Assembly (NCBI GenBank): GCA_964401575.1
Contig: CAYNZC010000004.1
Span: forward strand, 3,819 to 67,818
Length of the DNA stretch: 64,000 bases
Direction: 5' to 3'
Source of the DNA: an uncultured Verrucomicrobiota bacterium
GTDB lineage: Bacteria > Verrucomicrobiota > Verrucomicrobiia > Limisphaerales > UBA8199
The notes under the pieces are model-generated. The model did no database searches. It was not told the origin of the DNA and saw only the letters and a list, made by a program, of their open reading frames with translations. Position 1 is the stretch's first letter; each line of letters begins with the position of its first letter. Of the stretch, positions 37,077 through 45,538 are shown piece after piece. The position numbers were made by a program, and so were the translations under genes.

Positions 37077-37640
37077 TTACTTGAGGTTCCAGAACGCCGT
37101 GAAGCCCAGCGCAACAAGCAGTAACCCGAAGCCAAGGCGTATGGCGCAGAGTTTTTTGAGACGGGCCTGGCTTGCCGTGGCCCAGTTGACCAGGTCCCGC
37201 ATGCGCCAGGGGCTGATGGTCAGCCACATGCCGGCAATGACCAGCACGTAGGCGAAGCCCTGCACCAGCAGCACCCATGGGGTATCGTCCAGATGGGGAC
37301 GGCCTGTGTCCACGAGGAGCTTCGCCAGCAGGAGGAGGAGCACCGCAAACCCACGGGTGGCAAGGAAATCCTGCACAAAGATACACGTGGCCACCCCAAC
37401 ACCCCCGAAAAGCACGTAGAGCAGGGGCTTAAAGGAGGAAAGGTCGGCGATGGACTCCTGGCTGAGGTAGTAGAGAAACCAAGCCGTGGCAGCCAGGGTG
37501 AAAGCGACTCCCAGGGGCACGGAACGGGGGAATTTCCGGAGCCACTGGGCATAACGTTCTGTGCGGGTCAATCCGAACACCTGCAGGGCCGCGATGGCGA
37601 TTCCCAAGCCTATGCTCAGGTATGAAAGTTTTAGTGTCAT
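37077..37640 (-). CDS. Integral membrane protein, unknown function
   Basis: 187 aa with ~6 hydrophobic helices. No family recognised. Confidence 0.5.
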   Translation of the reverse strand: MTLKLSYLSIGLGIAIAALQVFGLTRTERYAQWLRKFPRSVPLGVAFTLAATAWFLYYLSQESIADLSSFKPLLYVLFGGVGVATCIFVQDFLATRGFAVLLLLLAKLLVDTGRPHLDDTPWVLLVQGFAYVLVIAGMWLTISPWRMRDLVNWATASQARLKKLCAIRLGFGLLLVALGFTAFWNLK

Positions 37641-37650
37641 TACTATGGAG

Positions 37651-37677
37651 CAGCAGGATGCTCAAAATATCCTGCTG
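37651..37677 (-). promoter_or_regulatory. Perfect 9-bp stem-loop in the 5' leader of the 37077-37640 membrane-protein gene
   Basis: cagcaggat / gctcaaaat / atcctgctg; it ends 10 nt upstream of the ATG at 37640. Confidence 0.25.
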
Positions 37678-37775
37678 AAGCAAGAGCCTGAAGTGTGCGC
37701 GGCTGGACGTGGCAGGGCCGAGGATCGATCAGGCTGCGGGCAAAGAACAAAAACCGCCTCGCATGCACATGAAGA

Positions 37776-37803
37776 GGGCCACGGGCGGGAGTGCCCGTGG
37801 CCC
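37776..37803 (-). terminator. Perfect 11-bp GC-rich hairpin downstream of the LamG gene
   Basis: gggccacgggc / gggagt / gcccgtggccc, 33 nt after the stop at 37836. The minus-strand trailing sequence TCTTCATGTG is only moderately U-rich. Confidence 0.5.
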
Positions 37804-37835
37804 CTTGCTTCAGAATTGGTTTTACTTGTCGCGGC

Positions 37836-40376
37836 CTAGTTGCTGATCACTCTGTAGAACATGCCGCCGGGTGTCACTGTATCGGTGTACTGTGTGGCGC
37901 TTGTGCTGCCGCCGATATTGTCCCATTGGCCCGTGGCCAGGCTGGGTCTGCGTTGGAGTTGGTACGGACCAACGCCGCCATGCCACTGAATCGTGACGTT
38001 GTTCCCATCCACATCAATGTCGGTGATTTGCAACTCAGCCACGGCGCTCACATCGTCCAGGATCAAGCCAGCCTGGCCGCTGCCGCGATAAATCCGAATA
38101 TACCGCAGGCTGTCGGAAGTGTTCACATAGAACGGAATGGGAGAGGTGTTCACCTTGACGCCGTTCAGGAGGAAGTCATAGGTCTTGGTGGTGTAATCCA
38201 TGCGCATCGCGCAACGGTACCAGGTGCTGCCGGTCGCATCCCACGTCTGGCCGGAAGCAACCCACGCATTGTTGGCATTGTAGTCAATGCTCAGTGCCGG
38301 GCCGAAGCGGATAGCCGCGGCGCGTGTGGCAGCGCTGTTCTCCAGCACGATGAAGGTGTTGTTGGTCGTGAGTGCCGTGGCGCCGCCGACGAGCGGACGC
38401 GCCCAGAACTCGACGGTGAGCTTCTTCTCGTTCTCAAAGCCAACGATCGGCCGCCGGGTGGTGGTGGCTGCCCCGGTGCCGCTGATTGCCAGCGCCTGTG
38501 CGCCGCCGTGAACGGGGTTGGCAGGGTTCAAACCCGCTGCCTGCAGGGCTGCGCCGATTTCCGCAGCGGTGGCAACACGCACGATAATGTGATTTGCATC
38601 CGTGAACCAGAAGTCCTGGTCCTCGAGAACAGCGGCATTGTATTGCGGCTCTTCAAACCCGATGCTCAGAACCGGGCCCGCGCGGACCATGAGGCGTCCC
38701 GCGTGCGATTCAGCCACGCCGACCGCGTTTGTAATGCGCAGGTAATAAAACCCTTCCTGGCTGGTGGATGTGACCGGCAGATTCAAGGTCGCAGTCGTGG
38801 CGCCCGAGACAGCGGTGCCATCCGCGTCTGCCCGGTTTGCCCGGTAAAACCACTGATACGTGGCTGATGTTGGCGAGTCAACGGTGGCGGTGAACGTTGC
38901 CGTTCCGTTCAGGTCGGCGACGGTGTCGGCAGGTTGGGTGGTGACGACAGCCAAACCGGGGATGGCCGGGTAATCAAGCTGGGCCTGGGCAACAACGTGA
39001 TTGTGAATGCGCACGCGGTCCAGCAATCCCTCGTAGAAATACGTATCGCTTTCCTGCCCGATCAGCAGGTTCGGTATCGCGCCGCTGGCGTTTGGCGCCG
39101 CGGTTTTTGTGCGGAGAGCGGAGTGCCGCAGCGCCCCATCCAGGAAGAACTGGACATTGGTGCCGTCCTTCATGGTTACGGCGATGTGATGCCATCGGTT
39201 ATCGTTTGGCACGACAGCCGGGCTGCTGAAGTCTTCGGTGCCGAGAAGGGTCGTGCCGATGGTGCGGTTCGCAGCGATCCAGAGCGAGGCGCGGGGCGCG
39301 TTTGTGGGCGCCCGCATGATGGTCTTTTTAACCGTAAAAACATCCGTGGGCATCTTGATCCACGTCTCTAGTGTGTAGTTGGTGTTGTTCGCGCCCAGGG
39401 GGATGGCTTCGCCTTCGTAATGAACATGAACCCATTGGCGGAAGTTGTTCAGGTTTGTGTTGATTGCCAGGGCGTAGTCGCCCGGCAGTCCGCTCGGAGT
39501 ATCGCTCGTCCATTTGGGCGCATGGAACATCCAGGACACTTCGTGTGAGAAGACGGTTGGCAGGGATGGCGCGATCGCGTTTTGGCATGGGAATGAGGTC
39601 TCATTGAAGTTATAGGCGACCTTCGTGGTGGCGAGCGGGGCTTTCGGATTCAAGGAGTCCATGTCCAGTTGATCCACCGTCAGTGCGGCATTGTGGATTC
39701 TCACACGGTCCAGCGACGCGACAATGTTATTAACCTGGTGCTCGGCGCCAATACTCAGCCAATTCGTCCAGGGCGGCCTTGCGGCGGCGGCCGTGTAGGG
39801 GGTGAAGCTTTGCACGCCGTTGACAAAAAAGTCCACTCCGACTCCCGGGGTCCATGCTGCCGCCAGGTGTACCCATTGTCCTGCGGGGATGATTCCCTGC
39901 GGCGCTGTGTTCGTGATGTCGCGAATGCCAAAGAGAGTGAAAACCTGGCGTCCGCCCGAAAGGCCCATTTTGTAAGAGTTGCCGTAACCAACGATTCCCT
40001 CAACCCGCCTTGGAGGCGAATAGGGATCTATGTAAAGCCACGACTCAATCGTAATCGGCCCATTCGTAATTGCCAGCACTTGCGAAACAGTGTCGTCCAC
40101 CATAAGAAAGCCGTTGCCTGCAGTGGTGATGCAGTTATCTCCCGCTGCCTGTGACGGTGAGTTTGGCGTCAGCGTCACCGTATCCACCGCCGGATCGCAG
40201 CGATAGCCGAAATAGCCCTGTAGTCCCTGGGCGGTGTCTGCCACGTTCGTGCCCGAGCCTTCATTGAAGGGGAACGAGACAAGGAGATCTGCCTGTGTCG
40301 GAATTGTCCAGCAGAGGCAAGCCGCCAGGAAGCCCCGGCCCAGAATCGTTGTGAGGAGTTGTGTTTTTCTTTTCAT
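37836..40376 (-). CDS. Secreted 846-aa protein: 3x LamG/concanavalin-like modules + Ig-like module + FYRV-type C-terminal module
   Basis: ATG at 40376 gives MKRKTQLLTTILGRGFLAACLCWTIPTQA, a signal peptide. Repeated LDRVRIHN motifs and W.H.A.T segments are typical of LamG. Ends GGMFYRVISN. Confidence 0.8.
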   Translation of the reverse strand: MKRKTQLLTTILGRGFLAACLCWTIPTQADLLVSFPFNEGSGTNVADTAQGLQGYFGYRCDPAVDTVTLTPNSPSQAAGDNCITTAGNGFLMVDDTVSQVLAITNGPITIESWLYIDPYSPPRRVEGIVGYGNSYKMGLSGGRQVFTLFGIRDITNTAPQGIIPAGQWVHLAAAWTPGVGVDFFVNGVQSFTPYTAAAARPPWTNWLSIGAEHQVNNIVASLDRVRIHNAALTVDQLDMDSLNPKAPLATTKVAYNFNETSFPCQNAIAPSLPTVFSHEVSWMFHAPKWTSDTPSGLPGDYALAINTNLNNFRQWVHVHYEGEAIPLGANNTNYTLETWIKMPTDVFTVKKTIMRAPTNAPRASLWIAANRTIGTTLLGTEDFSSPAVVPNDNRWHHIAVTMKDGTNVQFFLDGALRHSALRTKTAAPNASGAIPNLLIGQESDTYFYEGLLDRVRIHNHVVAQAQLDYPAIPGLAVVTTQPADTVADLNGTATFTATVDSPTSATYQWFYRANRADADGTAVSGATTATLNLPVTSTSQEGFYYLRITNAVGVAESHAGRLMVRAGPVLSIGFEEPQYNAAVLEDQDFWFTDANHIIVRVATAAEIGAALQAAGLNPANPVHGGAQALAISGTGAATTTRRPIVGFENEKKLTVEFWARPLVGGATALTTNNTFIVLENSAATRAAAIRFGPALSIDYNANNAWVASGQTWDATGSTWYRCAMRMDYTTKTYDFLLNGVKVNTSPIPFYVNTSDSLRYIRIYRGSGQAGLILDDVSAVAELQITDIDVDGNNVTIQWHGGVGPYQLQRRPSLATGQWDNIGGSTSATQYTDTVTPGGMFYRVISN

Positions 40377-40411
40377 AATAGATTGCTCGCTATGGTTTTT
40401 CCTTTTGATCG

Positions 40412-41263
40412 TTATTTTCTTTGTGAAGTGCGGTCCATAAGCCATCGGAGATCTCCGCTGTTGAACGCCTGAACTCTGCCCGAGGGATTCGGGGTCAGGA
40501 ACGGCGCGTCTCGCCAGCGTTTTACCTCGGCGTGGCCATCGGCAAAGGCTAGCCCTGCCGCGTTGTTATGCTGAATGCCGGGGTGGTCAATAATCTGCAT
40601 GAAGCGCGCGTTGTCGTAGTTGGCCATGTCCACGACAAAGAAGGCATCGTTGATGAGTGTAGGGCGCTCATCCATGATCACCCAAACCATTGATGGGCTC
40701 CGCATCTCACCAAGCTTGCGGAACAGTTTGAAATCCTTGTGCGATGTCCACTCCCCGTAATACGGCGGATCACTATTGGCGATGCCATTGCCGCCAACGA
40801 GGTAGTTCATCGACATGCTGCGAACCTGTCCGCTTCGGTCCCCGGGACATCGCCAAACGGCATAACTCTTTATTCCGTAGCGGGTGAGGGGGCTGTTATC
40901 GAAGTACACGGTGTTGGTGGGGTCGGTTCGCATGGAACCCTGCACCCAGCAATATGGCGCGAAGCTGCTGACGGTTCTGCCGCCGTAAGCAAACAACAGT
41001 TCATCGTTGCTGTCTTCGGAGTACATGCGCCATGCGAGCATGAGCTGCCGGTTGTTATTCAAGCATTGGATTCCCTGGGCCTTTGTTTTGGCTTTGCCCA
41101 GCGCCGGCAGAAGCATTGCCGCAAGGATCGCTATAATGGCAATGACGACCAGGAGCTCGATCAGTGTGAAGGCCCGGGGCATGCCCTCGCGGGTGCAGGC
41201 GCCCAAATCGTTTGACGTGACAGCGCCCGGTGACGACACCGGAATCCTGGTCTGTTTGGACAT
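40412..41263 (-). CDS. Prepilin-type N-terminal cleavage/methylation domain protein, H-X9-DG family (DUF1559-like)
   Basis: [38 protein letters not shown] fits H-X9-DG. ATG at 41263. Its stop is 35 nt upstream of the LamG gene start. Confidence 0.85.
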   Translation of the reverse strand: MSKQTRIPVSSPGAVTSNDLGACTREGMPRAFTLIELLVVIAIIAILAAMLLPALGKAKTKAQGIQCLNNNRQLMLAWRMYSEDSNDELLFAYGGRTVSSFAPYCWVQGSMRTDPTNTVYFDNSPLTRYGIKSYAVWRCPGDRSGQVRSMSMNYLVGGNGIANSDPPYYGEWTSHKDFKLFRKLGEMRSPSMVWVIMDERPTLINDAFFVVDMANYDNARFMQIIDHPGIQHNNAAGLAFADGHAEVKRWRDAPFLTPNPSGRVQAFNSGDLRWLMDRTSQRK

Positions 41264-41370
41264 ATAGCTACATCCCAAAACTACTCAAAAAGGCTTTGAG
41301 TGTCAATTTACGCAAACGCGTAAATCCCGGCGGATGCATCCCTGGTGCAGCAACGTCCGCTTAGTCGTTG

Positions 41371-41859
41371 TTACCTCGACCGGAAAGGCAGGATTTCGAC
41401 CAGATTTGTGGCAGGCCTGTAAACACCGGGCTCCAGGGCGCCAAGCGGGTTTTCAGAGCGGGATTTCTTCCACGCCACAACCCCGAGTGCCGCTGCCGCC
41501 AGGCACACCACAGCGGTGGCAACGAGTAACCCCCTGCGCCAGTCCAGCTTCGAGAGCTGCAGCATCAGGAGGTCCAGAAGACCCTTGTTATGCGTGGGTC
41601 GCGTTTCCTCGGAGAATCTGCCTTCGCGGCCCAGTTCGGCCTCCAGCGCCGCCAGCAGCGGGGCTTCATCCAGCTTGAGGAGTCTCGAGTAGGTTCGCAC
41701 GAAGCCACGGATGTACACGGGCGCAGAGAAGGCTTTGTAGTCGCCCTGCTCGAGAGCCCGCACGTGGTCGGTGCGCATCTTGGTAATGTCAGCGACCTGC
41801 TCGACAGTCAGGCCCCTGGCCTCGCGCGCTCCCTTAAGTTGCTCCGCAACCGTGGACAT
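41371..41859 (-). CDS. RodZ-like HTH (Xre-type) protein with single TM segment
   Basis: LKGAREARGLTVEQVADITKMRTDHVRALEQGDYKAFSAPVYIRGFVRTYSRLL is the RodZ/HTH_25 N-terminal pattern. TM segment LLVATAVVCLAAAALGVVAW. Confidence 0.7.
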   Translation of the reverse strand: MSTVAEQLKGAREARGLTVEQVADITKMRTDHVRALEQGDYKAFSAPVYIRGFVRTYSRLLKLDEAPLLAALEAELGREGRFSEETRPTHNKGLLDLLMLQLSKLDWRRGLLVATAVVCLAAAALGVVAWKKSRSENPLGALEPGVYRPATNLVEILPFRSR

Positions 41860-42065
41860 TTAACCTATGGTTAGCCGGATCGGGGGCAGGAATCAATACG
41901 TGTTTGCCGCATTTCGGTACGGGACAGGGATGGTCTCATTCCCGTTGGCATCTCGGCGCGGGGCACAGATGTGCAGGGGTGGTCGGTTGCCAGTCAGCGC
42001 ACACCAGGCAGTGCACGGTTGCCCTTCATGCAAGCGCGTGGCTGAAATAAGGCGCCCCGTCCGGC

Positions 42066-44762
42066 TTAGCCCGCATCGGGCACCTCAATGACATCTCCGT
42101 GACGGAGCCAAAAGGGCGGGGGGGGCTTGTTTGGGGAGCAATCCAAAACGAAAACGCTCTTGTTCATTGTGGCAGGATCAGTGCGCGTCACTTTGACCGT
42201 GGACAAGTCGGAGGTGGACAACAGCAGACCTGATCTTGTGAGGACTGCCTCGATCCACATTGTCTGGGGAACGCTGACATTGACACCACCGGGGCCCAGA
42301 CGAGTTTGATCTGCCTGAGAAGCGGGGTCGTATTGTGAACAAAGGGTTAGGTCGTGCCGCTGTCCTTTGACGATGATACGCACTACTCGCGCCCAGCACT
42401 TGTTCAGAGCGTAGTGTGTTTTGAAGCGGAAACCTTGCCAGGGATCGCCCAGTCTGTGTTCTGTCTCCGGTATTATGACTATATCGCCCCATCTGAGAGG
42501 CACATCTTTGGAACAATCGCCTGAGTCCAGAATGTCTGCCAGGTCCACCTTGATGGTTTTCCAACCTTCCTGGGCGGTGGTCAGGCGCTGTATTTGAATG
42601 TTCGAGAGATCGGGGAACGGCCACGCGGTGCCGCTGGTAATCAAATCGAGGCGTTGCATGGTGTTTGCAGCGGATTCCGGTGTGTTGGAAAGAAACCCAT
42701 ACGCCACCCCCAGCACTTCGATCAGTGTGAATTGATTCCAGTCGTTGGTGCCTTTTTCGAGAATTACTTGAGGCCCCTTGCCCGGGCGGGAAACGCTTAT
42801 GCCGTTCGGATTGGGCAGCACATCCAGCGCCCCGTGCTTGCGCAGCAGGTCCGCAATCTCGGATTGCTGGGCAGAGGTAATTCCGGGAACGAGCGGAGGC
42901 CCATTGCCTACAACTAGCCTGCGAAATGGGCTGGGCGTCACGTTTCCTACGGTGTCCACCCCGGGTGCGGGAGAATAGGTGGTCCATGTGTAGGGTGACA
43001 TGCCCTTTGTGAAAGCCAGCGGTGTGTAACCCTTGTCATCGCGAGCGTTTGGATCCGCTTCAGCGGCAAGGAGCGCGGCAACGACTTCCCGCTGCCTGGC
43101 AGGCGCCGAGGAGAGCATTACCGCGTAATGCAGCGGGGTGAGGCCCCATTTATCACGAGCGTTAATCGCGGCTCCACGGCGGACGAGCTCCTGCATTTGT
43201 GGAACAAGGCCGGACATGACGGCATAATGCAGGGGTGTGAGGCCCGTCACAGTGGTGGCATGAATGTTTGCTCCCTCATCCAGAATGACCTTGCAGATGG
43301 AAGGCTGGCCGAGGCTGAGATGCAGCGAAGTCGCGCCATACGAATTCGTTGCATTCACATTTGCGCCCGCCTGCAGAAGCCGTAGCGCGGCTTTCTCATG
43401 ACCTCCAGCTACGGAGGCCATGAGCGGCGAGTTCCTGCCCTGGGTGGGTGGATTCGGGTCCGCCTTATGTTTCAAAAGGATTGCCACCAGTTCAGGAATT
43501 GCATTGGTATTCTGCTTTTCAAAGACCAATTCCAAGGGAGATTTAACAGTGACCCCCCTCTTTTGCGGGACATTCGGATCAGCTCCGTTTTCCAGCAGCA
43601 GTTGCATTAGGGCCGTATTGGCGAAGAGAATCGCCGGGTGCAGCGGTGAGTCCAGATTGTTCGTGTCCGTCCGGGGAGTATTTGGATCGGCCTTGTGCCG
43701 CAGCAGCATTTGGGCGCTTTCCACGTGGTCATTGAGAACCGCCCTCATGAGGGGGGTGCAACCAACTTCGTCCCGGGCATTTACGTCCGCACCGCGACTG
43801 ACAAGCATGCCGGCCATTTCCACGTGGCGGCCTGCGCAGGCGAGGTGCAAGGGAGAATCCCCACCCTTTGAACGAGCGTTGACGCGAGCTTTGTTGTCCA
43901 GTAGGAGCGTGGCGAACGCGGAGTGTCCATCCTCGGCGACTTTGTGAAGTGGAGTAAGTCCATTGTTGTCCCCCGCGTTGGGATCGGCGCCGGCGTCAAG
44001 TAGCGTCCTGCCGATCGCGGCGAATCCTTTCCCGGCGGCATGGTGCAGCGGTGTGAGGCCACCGGAATCTCTTGCCCCGACGTCCGCCTTGTATTTGATA
44101 AGGAGCTCCGCGATTGCGTTGTGGCCCCCGGCTGCTGCCAGATGCAGGGGCGTTTCCCGGCCAGCGCGCCGAGCGTCAACCAGCGCCCCGTTTTCAAGCA
44201 AAAAACGGGCTACTGTTAAGTGTCCCGCGTTCGCGGCAATGTGAAGAGGCGTACCTCCCGATGTAGCAGCATTGATCAGGTCGGGGCTGTTTTGGATTAG
44301 AACGCGGATACGCATTATTTCGCCTTCTTCGGCGGAAGTAACCATGGCCGGCCCCGGCTGAGTCTTTGGCTCCACGGTTGGGGATGTGATCGTCGTTCCG
44401 AGTGCTGCGAGGTTCTGTGTGCTGAGCGTTGCCACGGGGCCGATGTCCGGGAACTCCCTGACGATCCGGTTGTAGTGCGCGGCTGCTTCGTTGGTTTTGC
44501 CCTGCTTTCGGTGGCACTCGCCGAGACGGTAGATTGCAGTGGCTGCCAGCCTGCGGTCGTGGTCGAACTGATTGACAACCGTCCTGTAGGCTTGCATTGC
44601 CGCTTCCAGGTTATTGTTCGCCTCCTCCTCGAAGAGCCCTTGCTGAAGCAGGGCGCTCATGCTGTCTGTGTCCGCCGGTGCAGGTGCGGCATGTGTCTGC
44701 CCCGGAAGACTCACTATCAGCAGCACTCCCCCGGTCAAAACAAGCAGTAAAGGGATCTTCAT
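42066..44762 (-). CDS. Secreted TPR + ankyrin-repeat (~12) + 2x SLBB-like beta-grasp domain protein
   Basis: ATG at 44762 gives MKIPLLLVLTGGVLLIVSLPGQTHA, a signal peptide. TPR-like AAMQAYRTVV...AIYRLGECHRKQGK. Many G.TPLH.A...GH......LL..GA..N repeats. C-terminal ...VPLRWGDIVIIPE and ...FWLRHGDVIEVPD match the SLBB pattern. Confidence 0.8.
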   Translation of the reverse strand: MKIPLLLVLTGGVLLIVSLPGQTHAAPAPADTDSMSALLQQGLFEEEANNNLEAAMQAYRTVVNQFDHDRRLAATAIYRLGECHRKQGKTNEAAAHYNRIVREFPDIGPVATLSTQNLAALGTTITSPTVEPKTQPGPAMVTSAEEGEIMRIRVLIQNSPDLINAATSGGTPLHIAANAGHLTVARFLLENGALVDARRAGRETPLHLAAAGGHNAIAELLIKYKADVGARDSGGLTPLHHAAGKGFAAIGRTLLDAGADPNAGDNNGLTPLHKVAEDGHSAFATLLLDNKARVNARSKGGDSPLHLACAGRHVEMAGMLVSRGADVNARDEVGCTPLMRAVLNDHVESAQMLLRHKADPNTPRTDTNNLDSPLHPAILFANTALMQLLLENGADPNVPQKRGVTVKSPLELVFEKQNTNAIPELVAILLKHKADPNPPTQGRNSPLMASVAGGHEKAALRLLQAGANVNATNSYGATSLHLSLGQPSICKVILDEGANIHATTVTGLTPLHYAVMSGLVPQMQELVRRGAAINARDKWGLTPLHYAVMLSSAPARQREVVAALLAAEADPNARDDKGYTPLAFTKGMSPYTWTTYSPAPGVDTVGNVTPSPFRRLVVGNGPPLVPGITSAQQSEIADLLRKHGALDVLPNPNGISVSRPGKGPQVILEKGTNDWNQFTLIEVLGVAYGFLSNTPESAANTMQRLDLITSGTAWPFPDLSNIQIQRLTTAQEGWKTIKVDLADILDSGDCSKDVPLRWGDIVIIPETEHRLGDPWQGFRFKTHYALNKCWARVVRIIVKGQRHDLTLCSQYDPASQADQTRLGPGGVNVSVPQTMWIEAVLTRSGLLLSTSDLSTVKVTRTDPATMNKSVFVLDCSPNKPPPPFWLRHGDVIEVPDAG

Positions 44763-44832
44763 ATATCGAGAATGGTTGAGCAGACAAAACTTTTTGTCAT
44801 GGAATTGTAAATTGCATTCGGCTTTCCATCGT

Positions 44833-45522
44833 TCATGTTTCAGGCAGTTCGAGCCTGTAACCCACCCCATGAACCGTCTTGATCCAGCGTGGCGACTCGG
44901 GATCTTTTTCGATGTTGGCGCGCAAGTCCGCGATGTGATTGTCCACCGTGCGTGTCGTTGGAAAGGCCGCGTAGCCCCACACCACGTCGAGGAACCGCTC
45001 GCGATTGACGGGTTCGCCGGGGGTCTCGGCCATCAGCCGCAACATGGCGAATTCTTTTGCGGTCAGGTGCAGTTTCCGTTTGCCGGCGAATGCCGTTTGC
45101 CTGGCAAAATCGATTTCCACGTTGCCGAGCTTGAGCACGGTGGGGCTTTGGGATTGGCGCCGGTTGCGTCGCAGCAGGGCGCGCATGCGGGCGAGCAATT
45201 CCTCCGTGCTGAAAGGTTTCACCAGGTAATCATCAGCGCCCGAATCCAAGCCGCGCACTCGATCATCCACCTGGCCCTTGGCCGTGAGCATGAGCACGGG
45301 CATGCCGAGCGCAAGCCGCCTCAACTCCGTACAGACGGAGAAGCCATCCAGCTTTGGCATCATGACATCCAGGAGCACGAGATCCGGTTTTTCCTCCACC
45401 ACCTTGCGCAGGCCGGCTTCTCCATCGGCGGCGCTGAGCACCCGGTAGCCCTCCTGGCGGAGGAGGTCTTCGAGCGCCGTTCGCATTGGCAATTCGTCTT
45501 CTACGATGAGGATTCGTTCCAT
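44833..45522 (-). CDS. OmpR-family response regulator
   Basis: ATG at 45522: MERILIVEDE...DLVLLDVMMPKLDG...LTAKG...DDYLVKPF receiver, followed by a winged-helix LTAKEFAMLRLMA...TVDNHIADLR...VHGVGYRLE. Confidence 0.9.
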   Translation of the reverse strand: MERILIVEDELPMRTALEDLLRQEGYRVLSAADGEAGLRKVVEEKPDLVLLDVMMPKLDGFSVCTELRRLALGMPVLMLTAKGQVDDRVRGLDSGADDYLVKPFSTEELLARMRALLRRNRRQSQSPTVLKLGNVEIDFARQTAFAGKRKLHLTAKEFAMLRLMAETPGEPVNRERFLDVVWGYAAFPTTRTVDNHIADLRANIEKDPESPRWIKTVHGVGYRLELPET

Positions 45523-45538
45523 GGGTTCTTCATTGTAA

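Noticed and set aside
37791-38867. 358-aa plus-strand ORF
   Set aside because: It is antisense to the LamG protein gene; a shadow frame.
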